A stretch of 64,000 nt of DNA from Tubulanus polymorphus. Its lineage: Eukaryota > Animalia > Nemertea. Below are positions 12,311 through 26,442 of this stretch, one piece after another; position 1 is the stretch's first letter, and every line of letters starts with the position of its first letter. Position numbers and translations under genes: made by a program. The DNA is taken from NCBI RefSeq assembly GCF_964204645.1, contig NC_134026.1, positions 11,245,950 to 11,309,949 of the forward strand, written 5' to 3'. The notes below the pieces were generated by a model, which was given only the letters and a program-made list of their open reading frames with translations, was not told where the DNA came from and made no database searches.

Positions 12311-15300
12311 AAGTAAATGTGTATGTGTTTTCCTGTGATAATTTAACCAAAAAAAATATATGAAGAATTAAGATCGTCACGAAGTGACGATGCCGATGAA
12401 GGCGTAGAAATGGGATGCGGCAGATGATTAGTAATGTGTGGTTAATTTGGCACTATTACAATTATTAGCAAAAGAAGTACTAATAGATAAATTGTCTATC
12501 ATTTAGTGGCTCTATAATGCTTAATTCTTTTAGCATACGAATAGTTGAAAACCAGTTGTTATCGATATCAGCAAAAATACATAAAGAAGATGTATTTTTG
12601 ATATCAGGAATGACCGGGGTCATCAAAGTCCTCCGTGAAATACATGCGACAAATTTTGCAACTATAAAGAGACTGACAGGTACGAAAGTACCTTACACAT
12701 AATCACCATCATAGTTTCATCATACTTCTTAACATGGAAAAATCCAACACTACACCCCACCAGTAAGCCTAACCTGTGGCGGTACCACATTAAATCTAAA
12801 ACGTGTTTCACAATTTATCAAAATTATCGGCAGAACATTTAGGTACATTGATGACTTGATTACAGCCCGTTAGATTCGTTGGCACTAATTTACATAAGAA
12901 AATTATGATTATGTACATGAATGAATAGAATATCATTGCTTGTCGTGATGTATATCCAATCACTGCCGTACGCGTAGTTTTGGTTGGCGTATTGGAATCG
13001 CCAAAGTCGTACATACCCATGGACAAACTGAGCTACGAGCAAAAGTTCAGATAATTGCTAATAGAACTGCGCTACGTTCTTCTAGCGAGCAAACTGATTG
13101 ATTCGAAGGAACCAAATGAAGTTCGCGCTAACACCATTGGTCTACGTTGAGCGTTGATCAACAAGGGCTACGAAGTCGTTGATTTCAACTTGTCGGATGA
13201 GTCAGGGACTTCCAACGTGCTTCAACTAGTGTGCGTATCGTTCGTATCCACGAACACCACGCATTTCCGGGCACCCAGAGAGGATACTCGATGAAAGTAG
13301 CCGTACTTTGCTCGGTGCAAAAGTCACTTTTAACTTACGAAGAATCAATTCTAACAAACCATCTGTCCATAAAATTTGCGGAATAGATTTCATCGTTGTT
13401 TTGAGAACGGAAATTATTTTTCAATTGTGAACATAGGTAAGACACTCGTTTACTCGATTCTATTCTATCAGTAAGTTCTCTAAAGTGGCCTGCTCTTTAA
13501 ATTTGTGGGTTGACTAGTTTTGACATTGTCAGTTTTAATTTATCGTATTTTATCGCGTACAAATGAAGGCTTAAAGTGATGGAAATTTATGTTCATTGTA
13601 TTTGTAATCGAAGACTGACGTACATTCGGATTGATTTCTATCACATATAACGTGTATCTAAATGTAACCCTTGAGCCTTCGGCAAATTCCGAGTAGCCTT
13701 ACGCGTGCGACACTGTTTATCAGCAAACCCACTGAAATAACGACGATGTCGAAAATTGATTTCCATTCGTGATGACAAGAGGCACACGGTAGAAAGAATG
13801 CTTGTAGCGGCTGTGGTAGTGGAAAACCTATTTATTTACACCACCACTCTGTATGACTCCGAATGCAATTTGAATTTGTCGGCTGCAGTGGGCTTCATCG
13901 TCACTGTTAATGGCATTGGAATGTGATTTAGTGTATTTGAACAGTTTCTTCGGTATTGCTGATAAATTGGCAAGCATAAAGCTTAACGACCAGAACACTC
14001 GGGGTTATGTTATAGTTACAGAATTCATTATCTGGCACGCAGCAGGTAAGATGCAATATGAACTCTTAATAATGTTTTGTTTCCACGCGATTAGATGAAA
14101 TTTCAAAGATTCTAAATCATTAAGACAAAATAATTATCAAATTGATTAAATTGCAGGCCCGTAGGGCGGGGGTTGTCCGGTGGTTCCCAAAATGTCACGA
14201 TTCTTTTTGTGATTCGTTTTCGTAACCAAATTCGGTACGGCATTCAGTAGCCTGATTTGATCAACACACATTGGGTCTACACCTCTGGCACACCGTATCC
14301 TCATCTAGTCAATAAGCAGCAAATTAAACATCGGGCGGAACTTATGTGTACATATCTGAACGATGCGATTATGAGAACGATTTTCATATCCATAAAAAGA
14401 AGCTGTTCTAGTTTAGTAAATCGAACTTACCTTGCAGTGTCAGTACAATTTATACCACAGACTCCTAGGACACGTTTTACTACTTCTTTTTTACAAATGT
14501 TTACGGGGTGGACCTCCATGTTGGGCGTCGCAGTGTCAGTTTTGCTACAAGTGTTAACTTGAAAATAAGGACTCAAAGACATCACGCAACGACCCTGTAT
14601 GGAATCACTGCGGAAAAGCGTAGACTATAAAATGAATTAATCTTAAAGTCCATGGGCTAAGTAACTTAACCGTTTAACACACTAAGTGGCGCTAAAATGC
14701 TAACGAAATGATGGGAACTTCATTTCCTCATTGCTCACACTTCCGCGTGCCGTACACGGACTGTTCATCAGTAGGCGCGTGTAGGCCATAACAGGTTTAA
14801 TATTCGTTAATCAAAATGCAAACGTGAAATAGTATTAATGGAATGGTTTACTTCCTCAACATTCGTTACTTGTCTTCATGTCGGTTTTTTTATCAACTGG
14901 CTAGTGCTGGTAGGTTCAGTTAGATCTGCTAATACTGGTTCCGTCAACGCCAGTGTAGCTTTTCCTAGTGATTAAAAGAATATGTCTTGAGTTATGACAA
15001 AGCCAATCTATATATGTGTAATATGCTGTCAATGTGGTTATAGAAACAGTACCAAGTAGACATTATTCAACACAAAATTTGACTGGCAAATTAGACAGGC
15101 TTTTTAAGTGCTGTTCAGGATAGGCTAAATTCAATAGGTTTCAGTTGTATTCCAAACGGAGAGTTTTCAAGACGGATAATGAAAACGGTGAGCTTAATTG
15201 AAAGTAAAATAATCTCAAATAATATGGTAGTGGCTGGAAACAGACCGCTAGGCTGTAGGTCTGCCTAGCACGCAAATAGGTGGATTAACATCGATGCATT

Positions 15301-15432
15301 ATGTAGTGAGACCTTTTAACAAGGTAAACAGCCGAACACCGCAGCTTGGCACTTTTACAGGAAATGACAGGAAATTATTTGCGAAACGTGGAATTCAGAA
15401 TAATCTGCTTTGGGTTCATATCAAGATATATC

Positions 15433-15856
15433 GGTGTCAGTACAATTCCCCCTGGATATTGCCTCCGATCTATTGCCCCCTCCGACAATTTCCTCCCTAG
15501 AAAATATCTACAGTCAAATTCCCCCGGTAAAATTGCCCCGTGACAATTACCCCCTCCCTAACAACTTGCCCCTACCTGAAAATTACCACCTACGTTAAAA
15601 ACTTCCTCTACGGAATTCCCCGGGAAATTATCCTAATGGAAATTGCCCCGTAGAAAACTGCTCTTGGGTTAGTCTTGGGAATGCGAATTGAGACGAAAGA
15701 ACCCCTTTCACGACTAGCAAATGCGGGTAAAGTGAAAATACCATAACCATACCAATTGATGAGTGACAATAATCAGTTTCCGTCTAGGGGTAATTTTACT
15801 CGGTGTAAATGTCTGGGGCAATTGTCGCGGAGCAATAGACCAATTGTCCTAGAACC
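15433..15856. mobile_element. MITE with (acaattgcccc)-type subterminal repeats
   Basis: aattcccc/attgcccc repeats on the left, ggggcaattgtc...aattgtcctagaacc on the right; imperfect TIR ggtgtcagtacaatt vs ggttctaggacaatt. Confidence 0.6.
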
Positions 15857-18800
15857 ATATACATGTACAATCACTTAGATACCCACAAATCGTAAAAAAA
15901 CAAGAATTAACATCTTCCGCTACTTAGAGACTAATGCAAAGAATACAAGTGTGGCCCTGTGGACCTGTAGGGTCAGTTTTCCTCATCAAGGTGTCATCAG
16001 TCTTGTGCATATATGGTTCATACGTATAAGCAGATCTTAGGAACGAACATTGTTGGCTATGATATCATAATGGGGCTTCTAATTAATGACGCCAACTATC
16101 AATTATTGAAAGGACACATGTTCACGAAGTGACACTTATTTTTGCAATAATGCCCGAATTATCGAAATAAATATACTTCGCGAGATGAAGTAAACTTTTA
16201 AATTTGCGATATTAGGTAGTGGCAGCCACAGAATACCGTACCCATACTATAATGATTGCTGCAATCTGAAACATTGATTATAATGTCTACTTAGTCAATC
16301 TCAAGCTGGGCTCTTGAGACGAGTAATGAAATAAACGGGCTGGTGTGGATATTTGTCTTGTTCTACTGAATCGCCTATATACTGGAAACTTGAGATAGAC
16401 AAACTTATTTGAATAAGCCAACCGACAAATATTGACGATAAATGTGATATGAATTGATTAATAACGGGATGCTAGATGCAGCAATCATGTTGCTGTTCTG
16501 ATATTGACATAGATACCAGTACCAATGATGCTTGTATCTTCTGTCTTTCTGTCATTGACAACCCCAGAATGACCGACATATGGTGATCATATGATTCAAT
16601 TTAGTTACCACGCTATCGGGAAATAATTTTACCGTCGGCAACGCTGACAGCGAACGTTTCCAAGTTATGAAAAGGCCATGATAGATGGATGGAATAAGTA
16701 AGGCTCCCAATTTCTCGAAGGACTTCTGCGGGGTTTTTGTGGATTTGATGACCCGATGATTTGTGCTCTGATAAGATTCGGATATTGCTGGATAAAAGGT
16801 GCCGTTCCTCTTATAAAACATGTCCCAAATTGGTTCCTCTTCGTCAAATCAGTATCTGTGATTAAAGCAATTTAATAAGCAATGTTTGTGGTGTTTATCA
16901 ATTATATATGTGGCGTTTATCAATTATATATAAGACTATCTTCTCAACATGATGAAAAATTTACCTTAGTTTTAATCAACGCATTTATGGTTTTCTGAGG
17001 GTTTTATAAAGTGGACAATTTTCTTTCAAAACCACTGGCAAGGTACTTGTCATCCACATGAATTATCCGAATTAATGATTATTCTATGTTATTGAAATGC
17101 AAAAAAAAATATTCCTAGTTCCTAGAGTTAAAATCGGTTCATTTCCAATTTTCTAACCAAAACATTCAAACAGTGGAACTGGGTCTGGGCTTCTGGAATT
17201 TGGCCCTGCTCACTGATACGTGGAAGGGTTTCACATGAATTATCACTATCAAACGTAAACGTCCCAAAGTTAATTCATCAAGTCAAATGCGGTATTAATA
17301 TATTGTGACAATTATGATGATAAGGCCAATCAAACTGGAGGATCCATTTTTGGGACACTCTGTATGCGACCTAAGATAATGTACAATTTCTATTGAATTT
17401 TCCACCCAAGCCCTTCGACGATTGAAGATTGTGCATGCACTATCGTATTGTGCACAGCGAACTGCAGAGCATCTGCCATGTGATATTTTACTATCGACTG
17501 CGAATAGAGGCTCGCCAATACCCGATTGATATTTGAAATTTCATTAACGAGCCACGATTTATTCACTAGGCGATATCTAGGCAATATAAGATCGGTGATG
17601 AATGGTGTTGAAAAACCTTCTTGCCTAGAGCTACACGAGTAGTTACTGCAGCGCTACTTGTCGATAGGCAATAATGCGTAGTTAAAGACCAACTCCCTAA
17701 TATAAAAAAACAATGACTCAAATGCTAACTTCAATCATCACCGCATCAACTAATTTAAGTAGTAACAGGTAGAAAGACACATATTATCATATAAATAATA
17801 TTACATTTACATATATGTTGGCTAATGAAATGATATTATACATGCATATGAGATCTAATACATTATCAATGAAAGATGACTAATCCTAGTTAATCCTTCT
17901 ATTTTGATATATACCATAGACCCTGCTAATAACAATTAAGTGCTATTTCCATCAGGGTGATGTTCTCTGTTAATTTGATATCGTAATGATATACTAAATT
18001 TCGCGAAGAGCGTAATTTTTATTACTCGTGCACGTCGGTGCTTGGTTACGGTCAATGAATTTTCCATCACGCACAATTGGGTTTTAAAAATTAATAATGC
18101 GGCGTGCTGTACAAGACAATGTAGACAAGTGGGTTTAATAGCTTTCTTTTCCGTCATCGATCAGAAATAGGAAAATCAACACTATTCACTCTCGAACGCA
18201 ATAAGCAGTAAATCGACGAGCTTTTCAATCGTCATCACATCAAACTTACGTTAAACTGTATATGCATATGTATATCGATAAGCTTAGTCACCGAGGAAAG
18301 CGATTTCCTATTCATTTAACTCAAAAATATCGATCTAATAACACGTTTGATTTTACGTTGTAGACGTGATTCTTCCCGACGTTAAAAACTCTTTGTTTGT
18401 ATTTTTAGGATTTTAAATGCTTTGAAGAGTATTCAAGTGGTTTTACTATACCGTGATGTAAGTAAATAAAAGCCTATCTAAAAAGTAAATTTTGTGAAAA
18501 TTGGAGTATTGATTCCGGTCTCTTTCATGACATGTAGAAAGAAAATGTTTCTTTAGAAACAAGTTATCTATTTGCAATCCTTTCAATGTTAATTATTTCT
18601 CGAAGCCTACATTGATCGAAAAGTTTTGGCACGATCAGACTATTGTTAAAAGCGGGCGTGAAGATATCCATATCGGGTGTCACATTTAATAGAATTGTGA
18701 CAACAATTGTGACAACAGTATTGAAGGCATATCGCAATTTGTCGTGGGATGGTTTCATACTTTCGTGCATGGATACTCGAAATCAAAGCTAATCTCGATT

Positions 18801-20309
18801 GATGAAGCATTATTCATTCACCTGCCCATGTTGCCATGACAATTGCCTCAACTGCGCGCAACATGCACCGCGAGAAAACTTGCTAACAATATAATCAAGT
18901 TAACGCTTTAGCTTCTCCAGGGTGATAAATGCTTTTTTGTTGAAAAAAGTGTGTCAAGAAGGTAATTAAAATCCAAAATTATTCAATGTGGGGAACATTT
19001 GTATGGTTTCAAGATGGCGATTGGTTCTTGATTCGGGCGATTTCCTTGGCATTCGACCGACGGTCACAGATTTGGCGCAATGAAAATAAGTAAAATAAAC
19101 ATAGAAGAATTACAATTATAGGTGTAACCCTAAAACAGTCACTGGCACATTTTACTATTTTATTCATACTTCAAATGCTCTGAAAATTGATAAATCACGT
19201 TTTCACGTCGTCTTAGGGGAGTCCTCTCTATACTTGGATACAATTTCTTTACAACATGTATTTCTTTCCCGAGCCTATAACCGTCTGATCGAGGTCATAC
19301 TAGTGCATCCGTTGAGGCAATACTTGATAGGTAATCATCGTCTTTTTCTATTTCATTACACTCGATCATTCAGACAATGCAAAACCACGGGTATCCGACC
19401 ATCTTGCTGGAAACTAATTTGCACGCGAAACACGAAGTCGTTATATTTGACCTGTGTACGAAAAGAAATTAATATCGAACGGTTGGAGACCGGGGCTAAA
19501 CAGCAATAGACGAGCCCACTATATCAATAAGCACAACCAATACAGCAATAGTTGATTTGAGAAGTAGACAGCTGTCGTGTGATATAAATCATTCAGCAGC
19601 CCACACTGAGATTTGCAAGCTACATGTTCTAAGATATCCAGTGAAAGATCTTGAAGTGAAATGAAGACATTTTAGACGTTTCATTAGCAGTGGTGATAGA
19701 GTCGAAGTTGCAAGGTGCTATGGAAAATCAGAAATTTTTGGAGACACGAATTTGAGCACGGACGGACAACTGTAATTTTCAGATTTATTGATTGCGTTCA
19801 AACTTCGAGGATAATCTGAATCAATGGATAGGTTTAACGCTGGTTTATGAACACTGTATTCTAATTGCCAATTTTGTAGAATGCAACCTCTGTGAAGTAG
19901 ATTCGACTACTGGCTCGATTAGTCACGCAGTCTCTGACGCCTCTTTGCCTGCGGATGTCCGTTTAAAAAAACGTGTTGCTAGTGGGAGTAACGTGTGCAT
20001 ATTTTCATAGCGAGGTTTCTGAAACAGCCCACCAGCCACAATCTCCATCCTGAGTTTAATTTCCGGGAAATCGGAAGGAACGAAAATTGCAAATCTACGA
20101 ATACTGCCAGCCACGGCATCAAACATATAAGTCTTCTAGATTTAAGAAGTACGTCACCAGCCACCTTTATGAACCAGCTACAACGGAAAATGATTCTGTG
20201 AAAATGTCATTAAATTCTTAGCAATTGCCCAGTACGTGTCGCAAAAGATTTTGGCTTAAAACGATAGCAATTGCCATCGAAAGCAGCGTAATTCGAAATT
20301 TTATCAATA

Positions 20310-20460
20310 ACGATTTCTTTGTCTTAAGATAGGGATTGACCCAGTTATTTATTTGATTGGTGGACTTCGTTTGATTTTTTTTTGTTTTGGTGTTCCTTAC
20401 AAACCCACCACACCTGCCGGGAGCGAAGCAGGGGGTTTGATTTCGAAAATCGAAGTGCGA
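20310..20460 (-). repeat. Unclassified repeat containing a conserved GC-rich stem-loop (partner at about 57110-57262)
   Basis: acccaccacacctgccgggagcgaaRcagggggtttgattt present at both loci; cttaa.atagggattg and tttgatttttt also shared. Confidence 0.8.
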
Positions 20461-21318
20461 GAAGCGCCGATAACCGAATACTCGGGAGGGAACCGGCTTG
20501 TGTAACTCTTCATCGATTAACTTATTGTTGCAATTGCTCTCATATTCTAACATACCCTTGATGTATTCTGGTAGAATAGAATAAAAAGGGCTATTTACAA
20601 ATTCCCCTGACAAAACATATCTATATAGACTTTAATGGCATGACACCGATGATGGCGCACTTAAGTCTACTAGTAATATTTCCCCGTAGACACGGCGACG
20701 GTACAGCGTTACTTTAGATGTTTCACATATGGAGCAGAGTGTTGAACGGTACACCATATTTTATACCGAATTATTCCGTATCAACAGAGCCCGTGGAAGA
20801 CCACAAATTGTCCGCGGAGTATTAGAAATTAGATTCAAATCTACCGGCGCGTAATAATTACCGCTTCGCAAAAAGCGCACAATCAACAATGCAGGCTTTT
20901 AGTGGATTTAGTTAATTCGGGCGTTATGGCATGTAATTGAAAATGTCATGTTCACGGTGGCATCCCCATGATACCAATACATTTCACGTATACATCTATT
21001 CAATAACATATAAGGGTTTTCAGCATGTTCGGTACTTATATTCTTAATATACAATAAAGAATCGACAAGTATTTCCTCTCAATAATTGTTTTCGCCGCAG
21101 CGCAAATTCGAAACTGATTCCGAAACCGAAAGTGTTGACTTTGCATGGTGGTGCCACCATTCGATTGAGCCCACGTTCTACAATAGGATCGCTCACCGGT
21201 CCCGTGATGCGTTTTATGTTATATGTAGTGTCAATCCGACAACACAATATGAGTTATAATTTTCTAATAATAATTATTGATTAATAATGATAATTAAGAA
21301 ATGCATGGCACAGTGGCA

Positions 21319-21354
21319 CAGAAACCCCGTTATCGCTGCTTTGCAGCTATATTT
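21319..21354 (+). mobile_element. HINE-like (non-autonomous Helentron) 3' terminus
   Basis: cagaaacccc gttatc GCTGC-ttt-GCAGC tatattt: subterminal IR, short hairpin, T tail. Confidence 0.7.
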
Positions 21355-22863
21355 ATTATTTTTCTTATTTATTTTTTCATTACTTTGCTCGTGAGATATG
21401 CTCTCAAATTCGAATAGTAATGTGCAAATAAAATTCAAGCGATTCAAGAAAATGCTAAGATGCCACCAATATGAGTCGTCCACAGTGTCTAAACATCATT
21501 GAAGGCCTGTCGTGGGAGCCTTGTTATTACGTTATTGTTAATATTTTACCCATGAGTAGGATAGTGCAAAGGTTGTATCTATTTTTAAACCACCAATCTC
21601 TTTGACACTTAAACCACCAATCTCTTTGACAAGATAGGGACACACTAAACCCCATACCTACAGATAAGATTTTTGAATAATTTTGTTAGACGTTGGAACC
21701 GTTACAAACCTTTCGATGTAAATTTGTAAATTTGAATCAGATTTCGTATAGCACCTGTTCGATTTTTCATTTCAATGGTTTTATTTTGCATATCAAACCT
21801 ACCCACATGTTGCTGGGCAGAAAACCCTTTATCATTGCTTTGCAGCAATATTTTCAAGTTGGTATCTCCAAGCTTTACGCCGATAGATTGAGCAACGAAA
21901 ATAATTTCATGATTCGAATGTATAATATTTCATACTATTGATAATACGTAAATGGGTTGAAGTGTTCGTAATGTGTTACACTAAGTGTGGAGAATATAGG
22001 GCGCCTTGAGGATCGAGAACGAGGATCGAGTGCTGGGGATCGGAGACCATTACAAGCGGTGGAGGAATTACCGAGAAGTGGCACACTAAAAACGAAGGGT
22101 ATAGAAGGGTTGCTGAATATCGGCCGAGTGACAACGTCTTCATGAGACTACCTATAGTTCAATCATAGGGTGGTTATGATAACCATTCAGGTTTTACACA
22201 GCATATGCTCAGAAGTTTCCAAACCCCACCTAGACTCAATCAATGTGTGGTAATTACTATTTAGATACAGGTGATGCCACTTGGAAACGAAGATGAATAG
22301 TTTAATATCAGGTTGTACTCAGTATCCGCTCATATTATCTTATCTCTATAACTCACCCTATGTCAGTCTCATTAGCAATCTCTCTATGATAATAATGACT
22401 GGTCGCTCTCTCGGTATAATTAATCACTCAAAGAGGAGCACCCTGCTCATCACTGTGGTAACAGCGTATCAATCCAGTATGTGATAGATGAATCTGATAC
22501 GGCCGTCTGCATCAATAACATTGGTCATATGGTAATATTAAAATATTGTGTAACTGTTGCTGCGTTATGAACAAAACAAAACTTCATAAAGACTGTCATA
22601 GGTACATCGTATCCGTTAATCTTTAACATTCGGGTTAACATAATGTATCCATGAGTCATACTGTTAACTACAAAGGGGATTATCAATTGACAATGAAGAA
22701 AAAGAAAAACTAGTGGTACAGGGACACCATGCCCATGGGGTCTGAAAAACTCGATAATCTGACAGTTTCAATATTCAACACCTCTTGGTGAGCATATACA
22801 TACATAGGTATACGGTAGAAATGTCCCGGGAAAAATGTCCCCGGAAAAAAGTCCCAGTCTATC

Positions 22864-23571
22864 CAGCGGCAGATCCAGGATTCCAAAGGCGTTTTTACAA
22901 GCATTCGATTTTTGCGATCGATTTCGTGAACGATTTGCTCCGATCGTGCGATCGAATCGAACGTTCGTAAAAATGACTATGGATTTGGCTGATCACATGA
23001 CATAAATATGGCGACGTTGAGAAAAAGTTGTATCGTTATGAACTACCCGGTACCGCCATCTTGGAAATCAAATCGCCAAATCGCTCGCCGAGCGAGTTGG
23101 TCGAATTCAAAAATCGATCGGAAAATCGTGTTCGTAAAAACGCCGATCGTGAAATCGATCGCAAAAATCGGTGCTCGTAAATGCGTTCCCACGATCGATC
23201 GCAAAAATCGGATGCTCGTAAAAACGCCTCGAAGAGGGGGTGCACACATCCAATTAGGGGCGTCTGGGAAAATTCTTAAAAACAAGACGCGCGGTGACGG
23301 TGATAGTCCGCGGTGACGGTGATAGTCCGGAACCAGTCCAGTCCATTCAAAACGACCAAACGCAATGAACACCGGCCAATGAAACGATATGAACGATGTA
23401 GGACTGCCGTAAAAAAGCGTTGGTAATTGTAAACGATGACATAAGCTTACGCATTTTCAGGGATTTTTCACATGCATGTCTTCCTTCTCACGAAAAGGTC
23501 AGTCCATAAAAATTAGCGAGGACTTTAGGGGGGTGCACGTGCCCCCTGTGCACCCCCTGGATCCGCCGCTG
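22864..23571. mobile_element. hAT-like MITE (middle element)
   Basis: TIRs CAGCGGCAGATCCAGG / CCTGGATCCGCCGCTG; perfect 5-bp TSD ctatc. Confidence 0.85.
22887..23229. mobile_element. PIF/Harbinger-like MITE (inner element)
   Basis: TIRs AGGCGTTTTTACAAGCATTCGATTTTTGCGATCG / CGATCGCAAAAATCGGATGCTCGTAAAAACGCCT; flanks caa / cga. Confidence 0.8.
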
Positions 23572-24739
23572 CTATCATTACTAACTTGGTAATGTACTTA
23601 ATTTCACATCATAATAACACCAGACAACAAACTTGGTAATACATTTTAACATTTGATTACAAATAATGCCTCTACTTTGATGTTATTATTTGTATTATAA
23701 ACATCTATGTAACATTTTTTTGAATTTGAAGTATCATGTAATGAGTTAACATGTTCTCCATAGGCAAAATTTATTAATGCCAAAATTTTAGGCCTATAAT
23801 TCTCGTGGTCACTCAATGAATTCTTCGTTTTTTATGGCTAGTGTGCAATTTAACAATTAACAAGTTTGTTCCCTGGTGTTATTTTGATGTGAAATGTACT
23901 AAATTAGCAATGATAGACTGAGTCATTTTTCTACCATATGGGACATTTTACCGGGGACATTTTTTCCTGGAACATTTTTTCCGGGGACATTTTTACCTAC
24001 ATTCACATACATTAATAACCTTGAAACATACCACAATCATAGAACACGTCGTAAGCTACAACTAAGCGATAGGATGCATTACAAGACATGCATTGTTTCC
24101 AATATACTACAATATCTAAATAAGAATACTATGTTTTTTACCGATTACCCCCCTGGCGAACGTATGCAGAAACCAATAACCATTAACTACATTAATAATA
24201 ATGAAGTGACTTTCAATATTATGAAAGTCCCTACAATCATAGAACATGCTATTGATTCTGATCATGAAATATGCATAGGTACCAATATCAAGATGTTTTA
24301 TGTAGGCCTAATTCGATATATTTTTTCAACTTTCCCAGGGGGTGACAGCGGGTAGTGGGAGATGTGTCCTGTGAGAGTGCTAATAATTATCGAATATAAG
24401 GTAAAACCTGTTAATATTTTCCTGAAAAAGAAATTCTCCAGATATGACCGATGATGAAACTAAGATGGCTGCTGGCGTAACATTCGAACAGAAATATCAA
24501 AGATTGCTGTGCAAAGTATACACAGCTCAAATATCAATATAATATTATGACAAACCAGAAAAAGAGCTAGAGGCATAAGAATTCAGACCTAAAATGACAT
24601 TTTGGGAACCAAAACGAGTATAAGACGGCCATCTTGCACCCGAGCGACTAAAAGTTTCTTGTGGTGACATTCCCTTGAGTATACTTGAGGATACGGAACC
24701 TCATGACGTTTTCAGCGTCTTCCGAATTTCCTATGAAAA

Positions 24740-25061
24740 TAGTAATAATAATAATATGTGTCTTATATAGCGCTAAATCCAGCCAGGCGGCTCAGAGCGC
24801 TTTACATTTTTCGATATTATTACCCCGGCCAATTTTATACTCTAACATGTATCAGTCATCTCTCCCTGGGGAGAAGTAACACCGAGCTGCTAACAAACGC
24901 TCAGGAGTCATCTATCAGGCCAGGTACCCATTTACTCCTGGTTGGAGAGAGGCAATGAGGATAAGTGTCTTGCCCGAGGACACTACGGCAATGTACGGGG
25001 TTGGAACCCACGACCTGGCTTCCCAGAGTCGAACGCTCTAACCGCTCGCCCACACAGCTCC
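24740..25061 (-). mobile_element. tRNA-derived SINE with CORE-like centre and L2-type 3' tail
   Basis: Minus strand: A box tgggcgagcggtt, B box ggttccaaccc, central gtgtcctcgggcaagacactt...gtaaatgggtac, tail gtaaagcgctctgag...agcgctatataa then (TTA)n. Confidence 0.85.
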
Positions 25062-25379
25062 ACGAAAACTTCAAAATAATTTTTCGATGACCTCAAGTCG
25101 ACCATATTCATTACGATAGGTCCACTTGTTGAGCTACTGATGCGTGTTTGGCAGGTACAACCCAAATATCAACACCATACATTGTAGCATGTAAACCTCT
25201 GAAAATCTAGATTCTGTCCAGGAACGGACAAAATTTCGGAATAAATTTCTATCTGTTAAACTCTGATAATAATATAACAGTCTCTTTCTGCGCGTAGTTT
25301 CTATGGATGTACTGTGCTTCCTATTTTAAACTTGAAGTTACTTAAAGATAACACCGGTGGAAATAGCAATCATCAATCA

Positions 25380-25538
25380 TGGCGCGCATACTGGCGCGAA
25401 TCTGAACGTTTGTGACGTCATTTCATAAATAAATAAAGAAGGAAGGCTCCGAGAATATCCAAATCACAGGTTACTGCGAATAACTGGGGTTCGACCATTC
25501 ACAAGTTAAAAATGTACTTCCTTGTTTGTGAAGTAAGT
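25380..25538 (+). promoter_or_regulatory. Candidate promoter and non-coding first exon
   Basis: GGCGCGAA (E2F-like, 25393-25400), full CRE TGACGTCA (25413-25420), cataaataaa TATA-like, donor GTAAGT at 25533. Confidence 0.3.
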
Positions 25539-26339
25539 TTATTCATACTGTTATTAAAAGCAGTTCCTTTTAAACATTCTATAATAGTATAGTTTTGTTC
25601 GTGGATATCAATACTTCGAAAAATCAACAGCGGTTAATTTATTTACTGTACCGGTACGCGTTTTCATAATTGAATTGAATTGGTCCGGTCCAAAAGGCGG
25701 GTCAGAAAATGTCAGCGTCGGTGATAACTTGTTATCGTCGATATTAAACGGTCTAAAGTCAGTTTATACATCACATACATTACAAATTGGAGGTCCCTTG
25801 TACATGTACATCACATCGTGATGCAGCGGCGATGGTAATGTCATAGAAGAACAAAGTCAGTTGAAAATACCTACCCACTGCACCGATTGCTAGTCAGGGA
25901 CCAGTGACAGTCAGTAATGGGGAGTGATGGTACCGTTCGTAATTATGTTTTTATAATGGTTATTGGACGTCAATTTCATATGTGAATTGTGTAGTCCCCA
26001 TCTGATCACTTGACTTGTCAGACTGACTCCTCTACTAATAGTAACACTATAAGGCCTTCCCTCCTGCATTTACCCTATGGGCCAAATTTGTGCTTTAGGC
26101 CAAATTCGGTTTTCTTATCTAGTCGACTTTTTTTCGGAACTAATAATAACCGAATATGCGCTTAAACTGTCACTAGGGAATGGTAAAAACACCGTAGCTT
26201 CGTTCTTCTCGATGTTATTTCTCCCAAAACCTGGCACATTAGAACTTTGCGCGTAGTAGCACATGCGCGTATTAGCACATGTGGGTCAACATATCCATTT
26301 TGTGAGTTGAACCCTAGGTGGCAATCTTTCAAAAAAATG

Positions 26340-26442
26340 GAATGTAACGAACTGATTTCGGGTGAAATCTTTGCTCGCATCCCTGAACGACATTCTATCC
26401 AGAAAGGCAGAAACCCGTTATCGCTGCTTGCAGCTATATTTT
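26340..26442 (+). mobile_element. HINE-like 3' end fragment
   Basis: ggtgaaatctttg...ggcagaaacccgttatcGCTGCttGCAGCtatatttt, similar to 29810-29893. Confidence 0.75.

Larger units (their letters stand above)
22807..24004. mobile_element. Mutator-like MITE (outer element of a triple nest)
   Basis: aaatgtccccggaaaaa repeats left and ttttccggggacattt repeats right; 9-bp TSD acatacata / acatacatt. Confidence 0.75.

Noticed and set aside
16552-16847. Possible OTU-like or other coding remnant (PTYGDHMI)
   Set aside because: A single short motif amid stops; not supportable.
24990-25061. tRNA gene
   Set aside because: A and B boxes are the head of a SINE; no complete cloverleaf, and SINE body and tail follow.
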